A program made the translations under genes and the position numbers. From Eledone cirrhosa (taxonomy: Eukaryota): a stretch of DNA of 64,000 bases. The stretch covers positions 287,246,001-287,310,000 of the forward strand of contig OZ024743.1 in assembly GCA_964016885.1 (NCBI GenBank), read 5' to 3'. How positions within the stretch are numbered: the stretch's first letter is position 1; the number at the start of each line of letters is the position of its first letter. The notes under the pieces are model-generated. The model made no database searches. It was not told where the DNA came from and saw nothing but the letters and a program-made list of their open reading frames with translations. This document shows positions 10,149-25,970 of this stretch, in pieces.

Positions 10149-12310
10149 ATGGCTACAAAAAAGAATTTTCACAAGTCACTCCCACTCATTCCGTCTTCTT
10201 CTTCCTCAATTGTCACTACATCAGAGAGAAGATTGCCTCTCTCCTCTATTCTCTAAATGTGGTGTCGCCTCTGTCGCCTCTTTCGCAAGCGACGCCATTA
10301 AAGAAAAAGAAAAAATATAGTTTCTGGTAGATTTCACCAAGAGAACGTGCATTCCGTGGAACATTTCTCCACGATGACGACAATGACGAAAAATGTGTGC
10401 GGTAAATATGGAAAGCCATTTCATTCGTCTGACATCTTGAAGAATAGCAGCAGCAGCCGTAATAACAGCAGCAGCAGCAATAGTGACAAGTAAAACACTA
10501 GTAGCAGCCGCAACAACATCAGCAGCAGCATAAACAACAACAGCAGCAGCAGCAACAACAACAGCAACAACAACAGCAGCAGCAGCAACAACAACAACAA
10601 CCACAGCAACAGGGGCGGCGGCGGTCGTAGTACCAGCAGCAACAACAAAAGTAACAACAGCTCTGACGACAACAACAACAACAACAAGAAAGAAAAACCA
10701 ATCTCATTTGCAGGTATCGCAAAGAACCTGGAAACCATCCTTATAACAAATGAGGAATTACAAGAAGATGGTGACGAAAACCGGACACCGAGCAATCTGC
10801 AAGGCAGCCCAAAAATTTTTCGAAACCCAACAGCACTGTACGGTCACGTACCGTACAGTAAGCACAAAATCATGTAGGTTGAAAGAGCCACAGAGGCTCA
10901 AATACAAAGAGCCTTAGGGTCTGTGTGGCAGCGGAAAACGCATATCACCCGAGGCAAGAAATATGCCACCGTGGACGTGCTTTTTGCCACACCCCAGGAG
11001 ACAAAGGCTCAATCCTTAGTGACCCCAAGGAGCGAGGAAATGGTGTTGGTGCCCTCCTACTGTGGGCAAAAAATTGTGAGGGTCAAACTGACCCACGTCC
11101 CCCCACCGGGATGACCCCTTCTTGGCTGGCCACATCTGTGCTCGTCGGAATCAAGGACAAAACAACTGTACTGCAAGTACAAAAAAAAGTACGAGATGAT
11201 TGGGTAGGCACCTCCATTGAGATGTTAATTCAAACCAACCAGGAGTGCATCGAAGCTATCCCGGATGTGATAGACTTTGATAACGGCACTCAACTGCCCA
11301 TAAGTGTTGAGGGCAAACGCCCGAAATGCTTTTGCTGTGGGTCGAAGACTCACCTCAGGGCCTTCTGCAATGAGAAGAACCTGAGAAAGGAGACCCCCCG
11401 CTCCTTCCGATACCGGCTCCACGGCTACCAGCAACAGGACAGGCGGCAACCAGGAAGGATAGGTCCGTGGCACCCATACCCACGCCACTGAAATCAAGAA
11501 CAGCAGCAGCAGTGGAAGTATTAACAACAACAACAGCAATACCAACTGCAGCTGCAACAGTGACTCCACTGCAAACATCACCAACAAGAACAAGTGACAG
11601 AGTGGAGCTGGTACCCTCCCCGACCTCACAGAATCGGATATGGAGTGTGAGGTAGGAGAGGGATGGCAAAAGGTCGCAAGAAGGCACAAACGCAGAAGCA
11701 GTGCATCGTCGCCTTCAAAAAGGGAGGGAAGAAATGAAAAAAGGGTAAAGGCTACGGCAAAGAGACTTACAGTAGCAACACCACCAACACCATCACCACC
11801 CACACTAGCACCACCATCACCACCGGCGACAACCCCACTGCCAACAACAACAACACCTTCAACACCACCACCACAAGCACCAACATCGCAAACACAACAA
11901 CAAAACACACACACTCAGCAACAACGACAAGAAAATAGCAGAACCACACCCCACCCCCAGAAAAAGAAATGCACAGCAATAAATACACACAACAAGAAAC
12001 TAATGACTTACATAATTGAACACACAGACATTTCACAGCACGACTACATAATACCAGCACCAATCAAAACACCAACGAACACAAGACTGGTAAAAATAGC
12101 ATAGAAACAATACACAAACATTAAAACGAAATTCCCCAACGCAGTTGGTGATTTCAGAGACCTAGGAGGGACACTCAACCGGAGTGTATATTCAGATATA
12201 CTCACAGAAGAGCCGACGACCAGCCGAAGGGATGATTCAACGGTCCCTTCACCAGACGATCAAGTGGAAAGGGATGGAGAAACCATCCTTCCTCTACGAG
12301 AAGTAAGGTA
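10149..12310 (+). pseudogene. Tx1-like ORF1 (gag-like, CCHC zinc knuckle), frameshifted
   Basis: CFCCGSKTHLRAFC (CX2CX4HX4C) in ORF 10925-11491; low-complexity Ala/Thr/Gln and Pro/Thr tracts; WQKV..R basic motif. Confidence 0.75.
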
Positions 12311-12345
12311 AGTGGTCTTTCCCATCTTTTCCACTCCATTTCAAT

Positions 12346-15300
12346 ATGACCTCACTCAGAATAGGCAGCATAAATGCGCGTGGCTTGGGGTCGTCATGGA
12401 AGCAGGGCCACCTGCTCAACGACCTCAGGTCACTAAACATAGATGTAGTGGCCATCAGCGAGACCAGAATCTCCGAAGCACGGGCCTTCGCACCGATCTT
12501 CGGCGGCTACGATGTGTACGCATCTCCCAGCCGTCCTGGATCAGAAGGAGGAGTTGCTGTGCTTTTCGGAGAGGTTTGGATCTCGCCATACGGGCCATCT
12601 TCCTGGACCCAGAAGGTAAGTTGGTGGTGCTGGACGTAACCAGCGGAGACGGGCAAGCTTTCAGGCTAGTGGCCGTCAATGCCTCGACAGGAGCAGGGCG
12701 GCCTGATTTCTTCCGGCATCTGCAGACCTTTCTAGGAACGTCCCGCTTTTTAGTGTTAGTGGGCGACTGGAACGGGATCTTAGATGCACGCTGGGACTGT
12801 GTGGAATTAGCGGATAGGGGAGGAGGGTGCAAGAGCCTCACCAACCTGCTCAGGCGTTTTGAACTGTCTGACAGGTACCGATTGGATTTCCCGAATGTGC
12901 CAATGTGGACTTGGATAAATCTCATCGGGTCATCCAGATCATATCTAGATAGAGTATTTTGTAGGGAAATAGATAGGTTAGCATAGGCTGTCCACAATTC
13001 AAGATAGTCAGCTACACGGACCACAAATTCGTGATCTGTGTGCTTGACTTAGATAGGCTTCATAGACGAGGACCCGGCTACTGGAAGCTAAACGCGTCCT
13101 TACCAGCATGCAAGGCCTACAGAGACCGGATTAGCGAACTAGTTAAGCGGGCGTTGACGAGGGCCATCGTCAACAACAAGTGGTGGTTTGCTCTGAAAAG
13201 AGCAATTAGAATAGAGTCCATTAGGTTTAGTAAGGCTTTAGCAATAGAGAAAAATAGAGCAGAGGGAGAATTAGTTAGAAAATTAGACGAGGCGCTTAGC
13301 AAAGGCATCGTGACCTACATGCTTGCGGCGAATTTGGCCCTTGACCAATTCTTCAATGCAAAGCACGAAGGCTGCGTTGTCAGAGCTAGGGTGCGTGCTC
13401 TCAGACACGAGGGGACGAAAGCCGTTCAATGGGCCCGAGTGGCGGAGGCGCGTCGTGGCAACAAAGCCACGATCCGGTCTTTGGTGGACCACGACGGGCG
13501 CATGCTACTCAATCCCGGGCAAATGTGTGAAGCTTTTCAGCGACACTTCGCTCAACTGTTCGGGGGCAGTGGCGGGCCGGATCGAGGGATGGACTTTAGT
13601 GTTTACCTCGACGGACTGCCGCTTCTCTCGGCCACTGAGGCGGAGTGTTGCAAAAAGCCGATAACAGCCGCTGAAGTACGGGAAGCAATGACTGGCTGCA
13701 CAAGGGGTAAATCGCCTGGTTTGGATGGTCTGCCCTATGAACTTTACGTAGAGATGCCAGACTTGTTCAGAGGCCTCTTGGCGGACGTCTACTGCAACTG
13801 GCAACAGAACGGGAGAATTCCCAGCTCTGTGAGCCGAGGAGCTGTGGCGCTGCTGAGAAAGGATCCGAACAAGGAGGATAACATAGATAATTTCTCTGCT
13901 AAACACAGATTTAAAGATTTTGGCCAAGGTGCTAGCAAAGAGGTTGGCGCTTGTCGTTGGTGGTCTGGTGGGAGAGGCGCAGATGTGCGCCATTCCCGAC
14001 AGATCCATCCACGACATGCGATACATCGTAGAGAGGGTAGCTAGGAACCTGGCACGGGTGGGTCCTTGATCAATTTAGATCATTCGAAAGCTTTCGATAG
14101 GGTCGACCATCGTTACCTAGTGTCAGTCCTGAGGGCGGCTGGCTTTGGGCCCGTCTTCAGAGGCTGGATCGCTGCCATGCACAACGACATCTGCTCTGTG
14201 GTGAGAGTGAACGGTCACCTTTCAGAACCGTTCAACATCATGCGCTCGGTCCGCCAAGGATGTCCCCTCTCGTCCCTCTTGTAAGTATTGACTCTCGAGC
14301 CATTACTGCACAAACTGGAGACATTGAGGGGGGTCCCGCGCGAACTAGGATGTGGAAGATCCGTGTCAGCATATGCGGACGATGTCACCGTAGTGGTGTC
14401 GAACGCCAAACACATCGAGGCGATCGGCACTACACTAAGAGAATACGAAGCGGTGACAGGAGCAATGCTCAACCAGGAAAAGACAATGGGCCTGCAGCTC
14501 GGCACCGGGAGAGGCAGGTCCATGCCGTCCAACAGCGTCGTCGGGCGCTGGACGGATGGACCGGTTAAATTGCTAGGGGCCTGGTTTGGTTCGGACCTCC
14601 AGACGGACAAAAACTGGGATGAGGTGACGAGCAGGGTGGCTTCTCTCACCCAGAAATGGGCCGAGAGGAAACTATCCCTGAAAGGTCGAGCGGAGGTAGC
14701 TAACGCGTACATCGCGTCCGTCATCTACTACCGCCTGACCGTCGTACCTTGTCCTAAGCCCCGCCTGACTGCGCTGGAGCGTTTGCTCTTTCGCTTTTTG
14801 TGGAAGGGACGCTCTCCGATGGTCAGGCGGTCCATCTGCTGTCAATAGCCGCTACGTGGAGGGCTGGGCATGCCGTGGCTGATGATGCGCAGACACGCGC
14901 TCAGGCTACGACATCTCCACCTCTTCCTTGACGGTGATCAGGTGTGGTCGCCGTTTGCTAGACACGTCTTTCCCCAGCTCGTCTCCTTGACGGAGTTGCA
15001 GTCCTGGGTCAAGCGAAGACCGAGAGGGAGTGCTTGGAGACTGGAATGTCTTCAGGCGCTCACAGCCCTCGACCAATCGGGCAATGTGATCGGTGGAAAC
15101 TCCACCTTGGCGTTCTATAGAGGATTAGTGGAGGGGAAGAGTGACGACGTACTTGGAGAAACTCTAGGCGTCGACGAAAATCAACTAGCCAATCTCTTCG
15201 GAAGGACTTTCGGGCCGGGGCCTATGGACAACTTCCAGAAATCCCTGGCCTGGCAGTGCTACCGGGGTGCTTTGCCAGTTTGGGATAAACTCTACAGGCA

Positions 15301-15739
15301 TGGAGGTGCCGTCAGCCGGGCATGTCCGAGATGCGCGCAGGGCGACGAAACCGTCCTGCACGCACTCGTCCAGTGTCCGAGCATTGCTGACTTGTGGGTT
15401 TATGTCGAACACCTGCTGTCACGTGTAGGACGGATCCAGCTATCAGCTGAGTCCATCGTGAGTTTTGCCCCGCCCTCTTCCTTTAGCCAGGAAGGGCAGG
15501 CAGTATTTATCTGTCTGGTGGCCATGGCGAAAGAGATAGTATGGTGGACATGTTTGAAAGGGCTGAAGGCGAGCACTTACCTCTTCGGTGATGCCCTGAT
15601 TAACTTTTTCAAATTTCATTTGAAAAGGAAAATCAGGGTAGAGAGGGAAGTGCTCTCTTCCCAGCATTTTGTTGAAAGATGGGTGAGAGAAGCAAGTATG
15701 GCCCGAGTGAATGGGCCTATTCTGAGTATGTGTCTGTAA
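12346..15739 (+). pseudogene. Tx1-like ORF2 (APE endonuclease, RT, C-terminal zinc motif), disrupted
   Basis: SINARGL..ISET, VGDWN, SYLDR, GYWKLN, KSPGLDGLP, LDHSKAFDRVDH, VRQGCPLS, YADD, CPRC..ETVLHALVQC; several frameshifts and stops. Confidence 0.93.
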
Positions 15740-15984
15740 ATTAAAGGTGGAAAACTGGGAGAGGGCACTTGCTCTGGTGGTCAGGGTCACTGTGGTCTTT
15801 TAATGGGCTTTCTCTACAAATGTCCCTCGGAAGTCTCCCCCCTATTGGGGAATTTTTCATTGTTATTTTTTATTACATCCTCTGTTTTTTTTACACGCAG
15901 AAATGCCCATTTGTACCGTCCTGTATTGTCCTGTACTGTCCTTAATGTCTACTTTATGTAAACCCTTGTGGTTAATAAAGAAAA

Positions 15985-16017
<33 letters not shown>

Positions 16018-16018
<1 letters not shown>

Positions 16019-17420
16019 ATAATAATAATAATAATAATAATAATTTTCAGCTTCTAACACTGCTGATGTATTATGGGTATCTGCTATTTACTGCCAGTGA
16101 ACTGAGCTAAGACCCCTTATTTTTCAAGCACTGTTCTAAGCAGTGCTTAGCACAACTGTTCTAAGCACTTTTCTGCAAGTGCTCCACCCGTATTGCAGCC
16201 CCTATTTGTTTAATGTACTTTTCAAGATCTTTACTAACTGTTCCTAAGGCTCCCACTATCATTGGCATTACTACCACCTTTTTCAGTGATCACCACATCT
16301 TAACCTCCCAAGCTAACTTGTATGTATCAATTGTTTCCTCTTTATCACATATCTTGTTGTCAGCTGGATTTGCTATATCTATGATCCGACACTTTGCTTT
16401 CTTTCTCAATTATCACAATATCTGGTTTCCTATACTCCATTTCATGGTCACACTGTATCACAAAGTCCCACAGGATTTTTTATTATCATTTTCGATAACA
16501 CCTTCGGGTTTGTGTTTATACCACTTTTCTGCTCTGTCAAATCCATACTTTTCACAAAGTACCAAATAGATCATCCTTGCTATGTTGTGGCAACTATTAT
16601 ATTCGTTCTGAGCTATTGGTGTACATTGACATGTAATAAGCCATACAGTTTCTCCATTCATGCCACACATTTTGCACATATCACTTCCTGCTGTGTGGTC
16701 TACTCTATGTTTCATGTAATTGGTTCTTGGTGCTTGCTCTCAAGCAGCACAGATTAAGGCTTCTGTTTCTGGTTTTAGATCACTTTTAGCCATCTATAAC
16801 CACTGTTTTTCTCTGTCTGTTCTATCTTTAACATTTCTATGGAATTGTCAATACATTCTTTTCTTCTGTCCACTTATTTTCAGTTTCATTCATCTTCAAA
16901 TTCTTGTACTGTGTTTTATCTTTGCAATCTTCAATTGTACACAATTCTGACTTTCCTATTTCCAACAATACTTGTAGCAGTTCTGTGGCATTTTTTATGT
17001 ACCATACTATGTTTTTTTCTTCTGTTATAATGTGTCTTTGCACCCAATCAGTCTTCTTCCTCTTTTTCTTGGTAAATACATTCTCTCTGTATCACTCTTT
17101 GGATGCAATACTCCATATCTAGTCAATATCTTTCTTGTCTTTCTTGTCTTTCGGTCTAAACTGTTTAGCTCTTCTACTGTTCACGTGATCACCCCTGCCC
17201 CATATGTAAGGAGTGAGATCACCCATTTTTTTTATAGCTTCAATCTTATTCTGTCCATTCAGTTTTGATTTGAGGACAAGTTTCAGTCTGCGCAAGTATT
17301 CAACCTTAAATTTTTCTTTCATTTCCTCTTCCATTATTTTGTCCATCCGCTGTATCAACGAGGGAACTGACCTGGGATTCATCCTTACCATAAAGCTTGA
17401 TGTCATCCACGAAAAACCTC
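16018..17420 (-). mobile_element. 5'-truncated RLE-type non-LTR retrotransposon (R4/Dong-like), decayed
   Basis: FFVDDIKLYGK (RT), EYLRRLKLVLKSKLNGQNKIEAI, CKMCG..ETVWLITCQC knuckle, WYKHKPEGVIEND; (TTA)n tail abuts the Tx1 tail. Confidence 0.8.
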
Positions 17421-18324
17421 ATATCACAGAGCTGACAAAGGACCATGTGGGCTAGCACTATGCTGTGTTGGTGAAGACCAGCCAACAGCATCAATGTGAC
17501 CTGACATATCCGTGTATCCCCTCCCCATTCCACTAGCACTCCTTAGCAGCTATCCTCACCATTACTACACCTCACCATTATTATACTCACCATTGCTACA
17601 CCTTCACTTCATCCATGACCCCCTCCAGCATCATTTATTAGCTGCTGCCCCCTCAAAAGCACTCACTATCATTCCTTAGCTATTCTCTTTATCACTACAC
17701 CTCTCCTTCCCAGCACTGATGAGAACCATCCTCCACCCCATCCCATCCTGTGCTCGTGACTTCCCCTCACTATCTCCACTTTGGTGTTCTCACCACCACA
17801 TTTCACCCCCCTTTCCCTTCTTTACTCATCGCCTTCTCATATCCCACGACACATGCTATAACTTCATACTTCTCTCCCTTCCCCTATCACTGCCACCCAC
17901 CCCACAGAGCAGAGAAGGCTCTTCCGTTGGGACCAACAACTTCTCTAGTATTGGTACCATGAAAATTCCCCTGGTAATCTTGTAAGGTGGTTGGTGACAG
18001 GAAGGGCACCCATGCCAAAAAGGGGTTGAAAGGACCAGCCAGTTGTATACAGAGGTGTACGTGCATATGCATGTATGCATGTGGCTATTTCCATCTGTTT
18101 TCATATTAACACCATTTAACAGAAAATGGTGACATTTGTTTATGTCCCGCATAAACAATACATCGTGTAGGCTAGAGGCTTGATGAAGATGAATGATGTA
18201 AAACAAGCTTAAAATATATAGCATGTGCTGACATCAAGAAGGATTCCTGGTCAGAGAATATCTGCCTAAAAAAAAAAAATGGGAAAGCAGACGTAAAAAA
18301 AGAATGATGATGATGATGTGTATA

Positions 18325-18364
<40 letters not shown>

Positions 18365-18368
<4 letters not shown>

Positions 18369-18592
18369 CGATCGACTTTCGTCAAATCGGACTGAGAGAA
18401 CAATGTTTCCATGTTTCCGTTGGTCTTTCCAATTGCTAATACTATCTATCGCTCGCAACTCCAGGTAGAAGGAGCAACGTGAAATAAAGTGTCTTGTTCA
18501 AGGACATAACACATCGCCCGGTCCAGGAATCAAACTGACAACCTTATGATTGCGAATCCAGTTCTCTAAACAATCAGCCACACGCCTTCACA
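18365..18592 (-). mobile_element. tRNA-headed SINE with CORE-like body
   Basis: Minus strand GGCGTGTGGCTGATTGTTTAG..GTTTGATTCC..TGTCCTTGAACAAGACACTTTATTTCAC; related copies at ~3020-3150(-) and 19755-19950(-). Confidence 0.7.
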
Positions 18593-18618
18593 AAAAAAAA
18601 ACAAAAAAAAAAAACCCC

Positions 18619-18673
<55 letters not shown>

Positions 18674-19150
18674 ATATATCATCATCACCATTTTACGTCC
18701 GTTCTGCTAGCGTGGAAGAATGGACGTAAAACGGTGATGATGATATATAGAGAGAGATTGGGTGCTAATCAGGTATGGCAAGTTGTTTAAGTAATGTTCT
18801 TCACAATAATGAGGTCTGATATTCAATCTCCTGCTCCGCATAGAACACTTTAGAACATGTGTCAACTATCATATCCTGATGATGACGTAAGAAAGCTTGT
18901 AAGTAGAATTGAGTAGAAGGAACATCAGGTGAAGTATATCAGATCGATTATGGCTGAGTGGTTAAGAATTTCACTTCACAATCATGAGGCTGCAGGTGTG
19001 ATCCCACTGGGTGACATATGGGGGCAAATGCCTTTTACTATAGCCTCAGGTTGACCTAAGCTTTGTAGATGGAAACTGTATGGAAGCCCATTGGATGACT
19101 TGTACCTGTAATTCAAAGGTTCAACCTTGTCATATATATGTTGTCATATA

Positions 19151-19347
19151 CGAGGGTGTGCTGAAAAGTTCATAGGCTGACAATGAAGGAGTGATTGTAG
19201 AGCTGTGAAATCTTGTATGCATTAATTTAAACTCTTCTTATTAATAACTGCCTTGTTTCTTTCCAAGGACTATGTTGAAAATAAACCTCATTTGGTCATT
19301 CCATGAGAGTATCTTGGTCAGCCTATGAACTTTTCAGTCAATCTTTG
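19151..19347. mobile_element. mariner-type MITE
   Basis: TA then TIR CGAGGGTGTGCTGAAAAGTTCATAGGCTGAC; right TIR GTCAGCCTATGAACTTTTCAG.. (outer part eroded); nested in a SINE. Confidence 0.75.
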
Positions 19348-20959
19348 TGTATATTGAGCCATGCTGATTCAATTTTAGAATTACATTAAGGGTACATGTG
19401 TCTGAGGAATACTCAACCACTTACACATTAATTCATGAGTTGAAAGTACAGAATTGGTTGTACAACTGAATGTCCATTGTTCAACTCTATGGAGGATCCT
19501 TTATCTATAATTCAATGGGCCTCTGTCAAAGTCCTATTTGAGGGTTCTATTAAAATGAAAGTAAAATTTCCAGATGGAAAACTGAAAACCAAAACGTAAA
19601 CATCACTTTCTTTCTGTTCAGTGAGAACAACAAAATGTACTTACTTTTTGTATATACACTGCCACAAAAATATGAATGAATTATGAATACAATTTCCATT
19701 AAATTGAATTGAACAGTTTCCTTTTTTCTATTTGAACTATAAGAGGAAAGAATCAAATCGTCAGATTGAACCAATGAAACAATGTTTCCATTGGTTGCTC
19801 CATTGCTGATTCTATCTGTCAGTCACTACTCCTGGTAGAAAATGCATTGTGAAATAAAGAAATTGTTCAAGAACAAAACATGCTATTCGGTCCAGGAATT
19901 GAAACCATGACCTTATGATTGTGAGTCCTAACTACTAGGCAATCCAGCTTAACTTCAATTTCCATAATTACTATATATATTCCATCCAAACCCATGCGAG
20001 CGTAGAATATGGACGTTAAACGATGATGATGATGATGATGATGATGATTCCCTGCCTACTGTTGGTGATTTACGCTGTAAAGTGGTTGATGATAGGAAGG
20101 GCATCTAGTCGTAGAAAGCTTGCAAGACAAAGGGTCAGGAAGACCCTCCAATTGTGTCAAGGGCACAACAACCTCCCAAGTGTTGGTGATTTACATGATA
20201 AATGCACCCAGTACACACTGTAAAATGGTTGGTGATAGGAAGGGCATCTAGTCGTAGAAAGCCTGCCAAACAAAGGGGTAGGAGGACCCTCAACTGTATC
20301 AAAGGCATGAAAACCTCTCCTGAGCACTCGATTGAACATGAGACCATATATACGTGCACAGGTCCCTGGCCTACCTGGGAGGTCGGTAGCTCTGCTTCAG
20401 TATGGACTTGGTCTAAATGGATCTGTCCAACCTTTGCTAGCAGGGAAAGCAGATGATGAGGATGATGGTGATGATGATTCCATTACAATTAGCATTTTTC
20501 TTTTTTATATTTTAACTACTAATTTCACATTTACTATGATGATGATAATGATTCAATTACAATGCCTGTTTTTATATTTTATATATACACACACACACTT
20601 TATTTCAAGTTGCTCCAGTTCACTAACTGTAGAAACGAGTTGCGATGTCACTGATGCGAATCCTTTGCCTTTTCCTTGGACAACATTGGTGGCATGGTGA
20701 GGAGAGACTGGTATGCATGGGCGACTGCTAGTGTTCCATCAAAACACTTTGCCCGAGTTTGTGCCTTTGAGGGTAACTCTCTAGGTGCAAAACCCATGGT
20801 CATTCATGACTGAAGGGGCTTTTTACTCTTTTAGCCAATTTTTCCACCTCTACAGGTATTCCACTCAATTTTCTAAGCTATTATTTATAGCAATTGACTG
20901 TTGTTACAGTTACTGCATTTGGGAATCTGGCATTTTCAAAATATATGCATATGTAGGTG

Positions 20960-20992
<33 letters not shown>

Positions 20993-20994
<2 letters not shown>

Positions 20995-21385
20995 CATCAT
21001 TCATCATTTCATTTTACATCCACTTTCCCTGCTTGCAACGGTGGGACAGGAACTGATTCTGGCTTGATTTCTACAGCTGGATGCCCTTTCTAACACCAAC
21101 CTCATTTACAGTGAGTGCTGGGTGCTTTTTTTCCGTGGCGCCTACACGTCCACTTTACAGTGTGGGCTGGGTGCATTTTTGCCATGGCACCTCCACGACC
21201 ACTTTGGTAGTGGAATGATAGGGAACCCAATCCCTATCATCTCATTTCTACAGCTGAGTAAACTGGAACAATGTGAAATAAAGTGTCTTGCTCAAGGAAA
21301 CAACACATCACCCAGTCTGAGAATTGAACTCACAACCTTTCGATTGCAAGGCCAATGCTCTAGCCACTAAGCCATGTGCCTCCAT
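20993..21385 (-). mobile_element. Full-length tripartite SINE (tRNA head, CORE-like body, RTE 5'-UTR motif, RTE tail)
   Basis: GGAGGCACATGGCTTAGTGGCTAG..GAGTTCAATTC, TTTCCTTGAGCAAGACACTTTATTTCAC, two AAAA.GCACCCAG units, GGGCATCCAGCTGTAG, simple-repeat tail; twin at 34655-34960(+). Confidence 0.85.
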
Positions 21386-21741
21386 ATATATATATCAAAA
21401 GTATATATTGAGTTAGAAACTCAGAATAGTCCCTTACAATTAAACTAGCTCAAGGTAAAAAATTTCTGAGCCGTATAATATAATTTAATATAATAAAGAG
21501 AGATAAACACAGGTATATACATATATGTGTTCATAAGGGACCAGATTTGCTAGGGTGATTTGAATACATATATGTATATACCTGTGTTTATTTTTCTTTA
21601 TTATATTATATGATATATATATATATATATATATTAAATTAAATTATATATATATATAGTGTAGGTGGTTCAGTGAATTATTGGTGGTGGTTCCAAAACA
21701 AGCACTCAATGCACCGGCAGAGTGTATTTATATATATATAA

Positions 21742-23894
<2,153 letters not shown>

Positions 23895-24758
23895 AGTATG
23901 TATACAATATAAATTTCAAATTTGTATTTCTTATTTTGCCAGTTGAAATCTAGACCAAACTCTTCTCTCACTCTCTTCACTGCTTGTTTTTCCAGATTTC
24001 TGCACTACTGAAAGTAATATTTGGTTTCTAGCTTCCCTCTCACCCCCCCCCTCTCTATCGTATTATATTGATTAGGTTATCTCCTTGCATTTCCTTCTTT
24101 CCTGCTGCTAGATCGCAAAAAAAAAAAAAAGAAAATCAAATAAATAAATAAAGATAACATATAAGAATAAAAACAACAAACAGCAACAACAAAAAAAAGG
24201 TATGATGTTTTTCCATTTGCTAACGTGTTCTCTTACAGCAGTCAGCCATCAAGCTATACTCTGCTCCGCTCTGCTTCACTCTGTTTCACTCTGCTCCTTC
24301 CTATTGGAAATTCCATTTTAGCAGCTGTTTCTTCATTGTCTAACGATCATAGAATTATGTGTCAGTCACCGTTGTTGAATTTATGTTCAGATGTTCTGTA
24401 TTTCAGTAGTTCACAGATTTTTGCATTTAGCTGCAGCGTGCATGCTGCTGCCACAGCTGCATGCCAGTGTTCAGTTAGGTTCCATTTGCAGTCTCTCCTT
24501 TTAGCATCTGTTTTTGTGTCTTTGAAGCAAGACCCCCGCCCAACATAGTATTTACAATTCATTTAACTGCAGTGGTGCGGTGTGGTGTAGTTGGGTGTGA
24601 CAGGGTGCAGATGGGTGTGGTGTGGTGCATTTGTTATTCATTAATGAACTGTTTGCATTTAACTGCAAACATGTTGCCAATGCATGCATATAATTAGTTT
24701 GTGTCTAGCTGTAAATAAGAGACACATACATATATGCATGCTTGAATACACACACACA

Positions 24759-24828
<70 letters not shown>

Positions 24829-24959
24829 ATTTGTGTTTAGTTGCAAAATGTTGTCAATGTAATCCTTAATTTGTGTTTAGGCTGTTGGATATTGCTAATA
24901 TAAATGTGTTTAGCTGTTAATATGTATTTTATGTTTAGCTGCAAAACTTCCATCTTCTT

Positions 24960-25400
24960 CTTCCACTATTTCCTAGGAGTGTTGTAAGGAAAGAGTCCTC
25001 AGACACACCCTCTGAAGGGCCCTATCAGAAGCAACTGCCTCCAGTTGATCTGGCTAGATCCTCAAGCAAGACAAACTAATCACATATATGTTATCCAACC
25101 CTCTTGCTTGTGGTCTCCTGCCAGTTGATTTTACCTGTAAAATCTGTCCAGTGATTCTTTCCTTAGACATTCTGACCACATGCCCATAGTATCTGAACTG
25201 TTATCTCTCAATGCAGAGAAGTAGTGGCTCCGCCTGGAGCAACTCTGATCACTGAGCTACGCACTCTATTGAGTAACATTACTTCAAAGACCCTTGTATT
25301 CACAATCATATTCTTTCGGTTATTACCCATCATTCATGACCATAGGTAAGGGTATGCATGAACTGAATTGAAGATAGTAAGTTTGGTTTTTACATGTATC
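24960..25400 (-). mobile_element. Decayed RTE 3' fragment inside a diverged ~35-bp minisatellite (24640-25680)
   Basis: RYYGHVVRMSKERITGQIL..TGRRP; flanking repeats TGTGTTTAGCTGCAAAATGTTGTCAATATAAAT. Confidence 0.6.
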
Positions 25401-25689
25401 TCCCTTCTTCTGATGACAGAATGATAAAACCGGCAAAATGTTCTCAATATAAATTTTGTATTTAGCTGCTGGATATTGTCAACATAAATTTTCTGTTTAA
25501 CTGCCAAATATTGTCAAATGATGTCAATATATAATACTTAGTTAATGTTTAGGCTGCTAGATATTGTTAATATAAATGTGTTTAGTTGAGGGTTATTTTT
25601 AATATACATTTTCTACTTAGCTGTAACATTTTATAGATATAATTCTTTGGGTTTAGCTGCAAAATGCCTTTTCTTAAAAAGAAAAGAAT

Positions 25690-25970
25690 ATTCTTCCATT
25701 TCTTCCTTTTCACACTATCTTTTTATTTCTTCTTTTATTTCTCATTCTATCTTCTGATGAAGGACTAACATCCAAAACGTTTTCCTATTATACCAAGCAT
25801 TAAACTAATATATATCTTCATTGTACTGTATCATTTTGCCAGTTACATGTGTGTGTGAGTATGTGAAAATTAACCAGAAAACAACACAGCAAAATGATAC
25901 AGTACAATGAAGATAGATATTAGTTTAACACTTGATATATATATAAAGTGTTAAACTAATATATATCTTT
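25690..25970 (+). mobile_element. PLE pLTR-like short element with hammerhead motif and terminal inverted piece
   Basis: CUU-CUGAUGA-AGGACUAACAUCC-AAAACGUU at 25751-25781; foldback 25800-25839/25889-25928; same family at 42590-42840(+) and 50215-50440(-). Confidence 0.65.

Larger units (their letters stand above)
9934..16017 (+). mobile_element. Near full-length L1-group (Tx1-like) LINE, mutated
   Basis: 5' UTR, ORF1 with CCHC knuckle, ORF2 APE-RT-zinc motif, AATAAA at 15974 then (ATT)n; (ATT)n also at the 5' junction; GC-richer than flanks. Confidence 0.9.

Noticed and set aside
10221-10795. Poly-Cys, poly-Leu and Val/Ala ORFs on the minus strand
   Set aside because: Antisense readings of the CAG/CAA low-complexity tract in the Tx1-like ORF1.
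18875-18905. CTGATGA..GAAA hammerhead-like string
   Set aside because: No stem II or stem I pairing; lies in a diverged SINE body.
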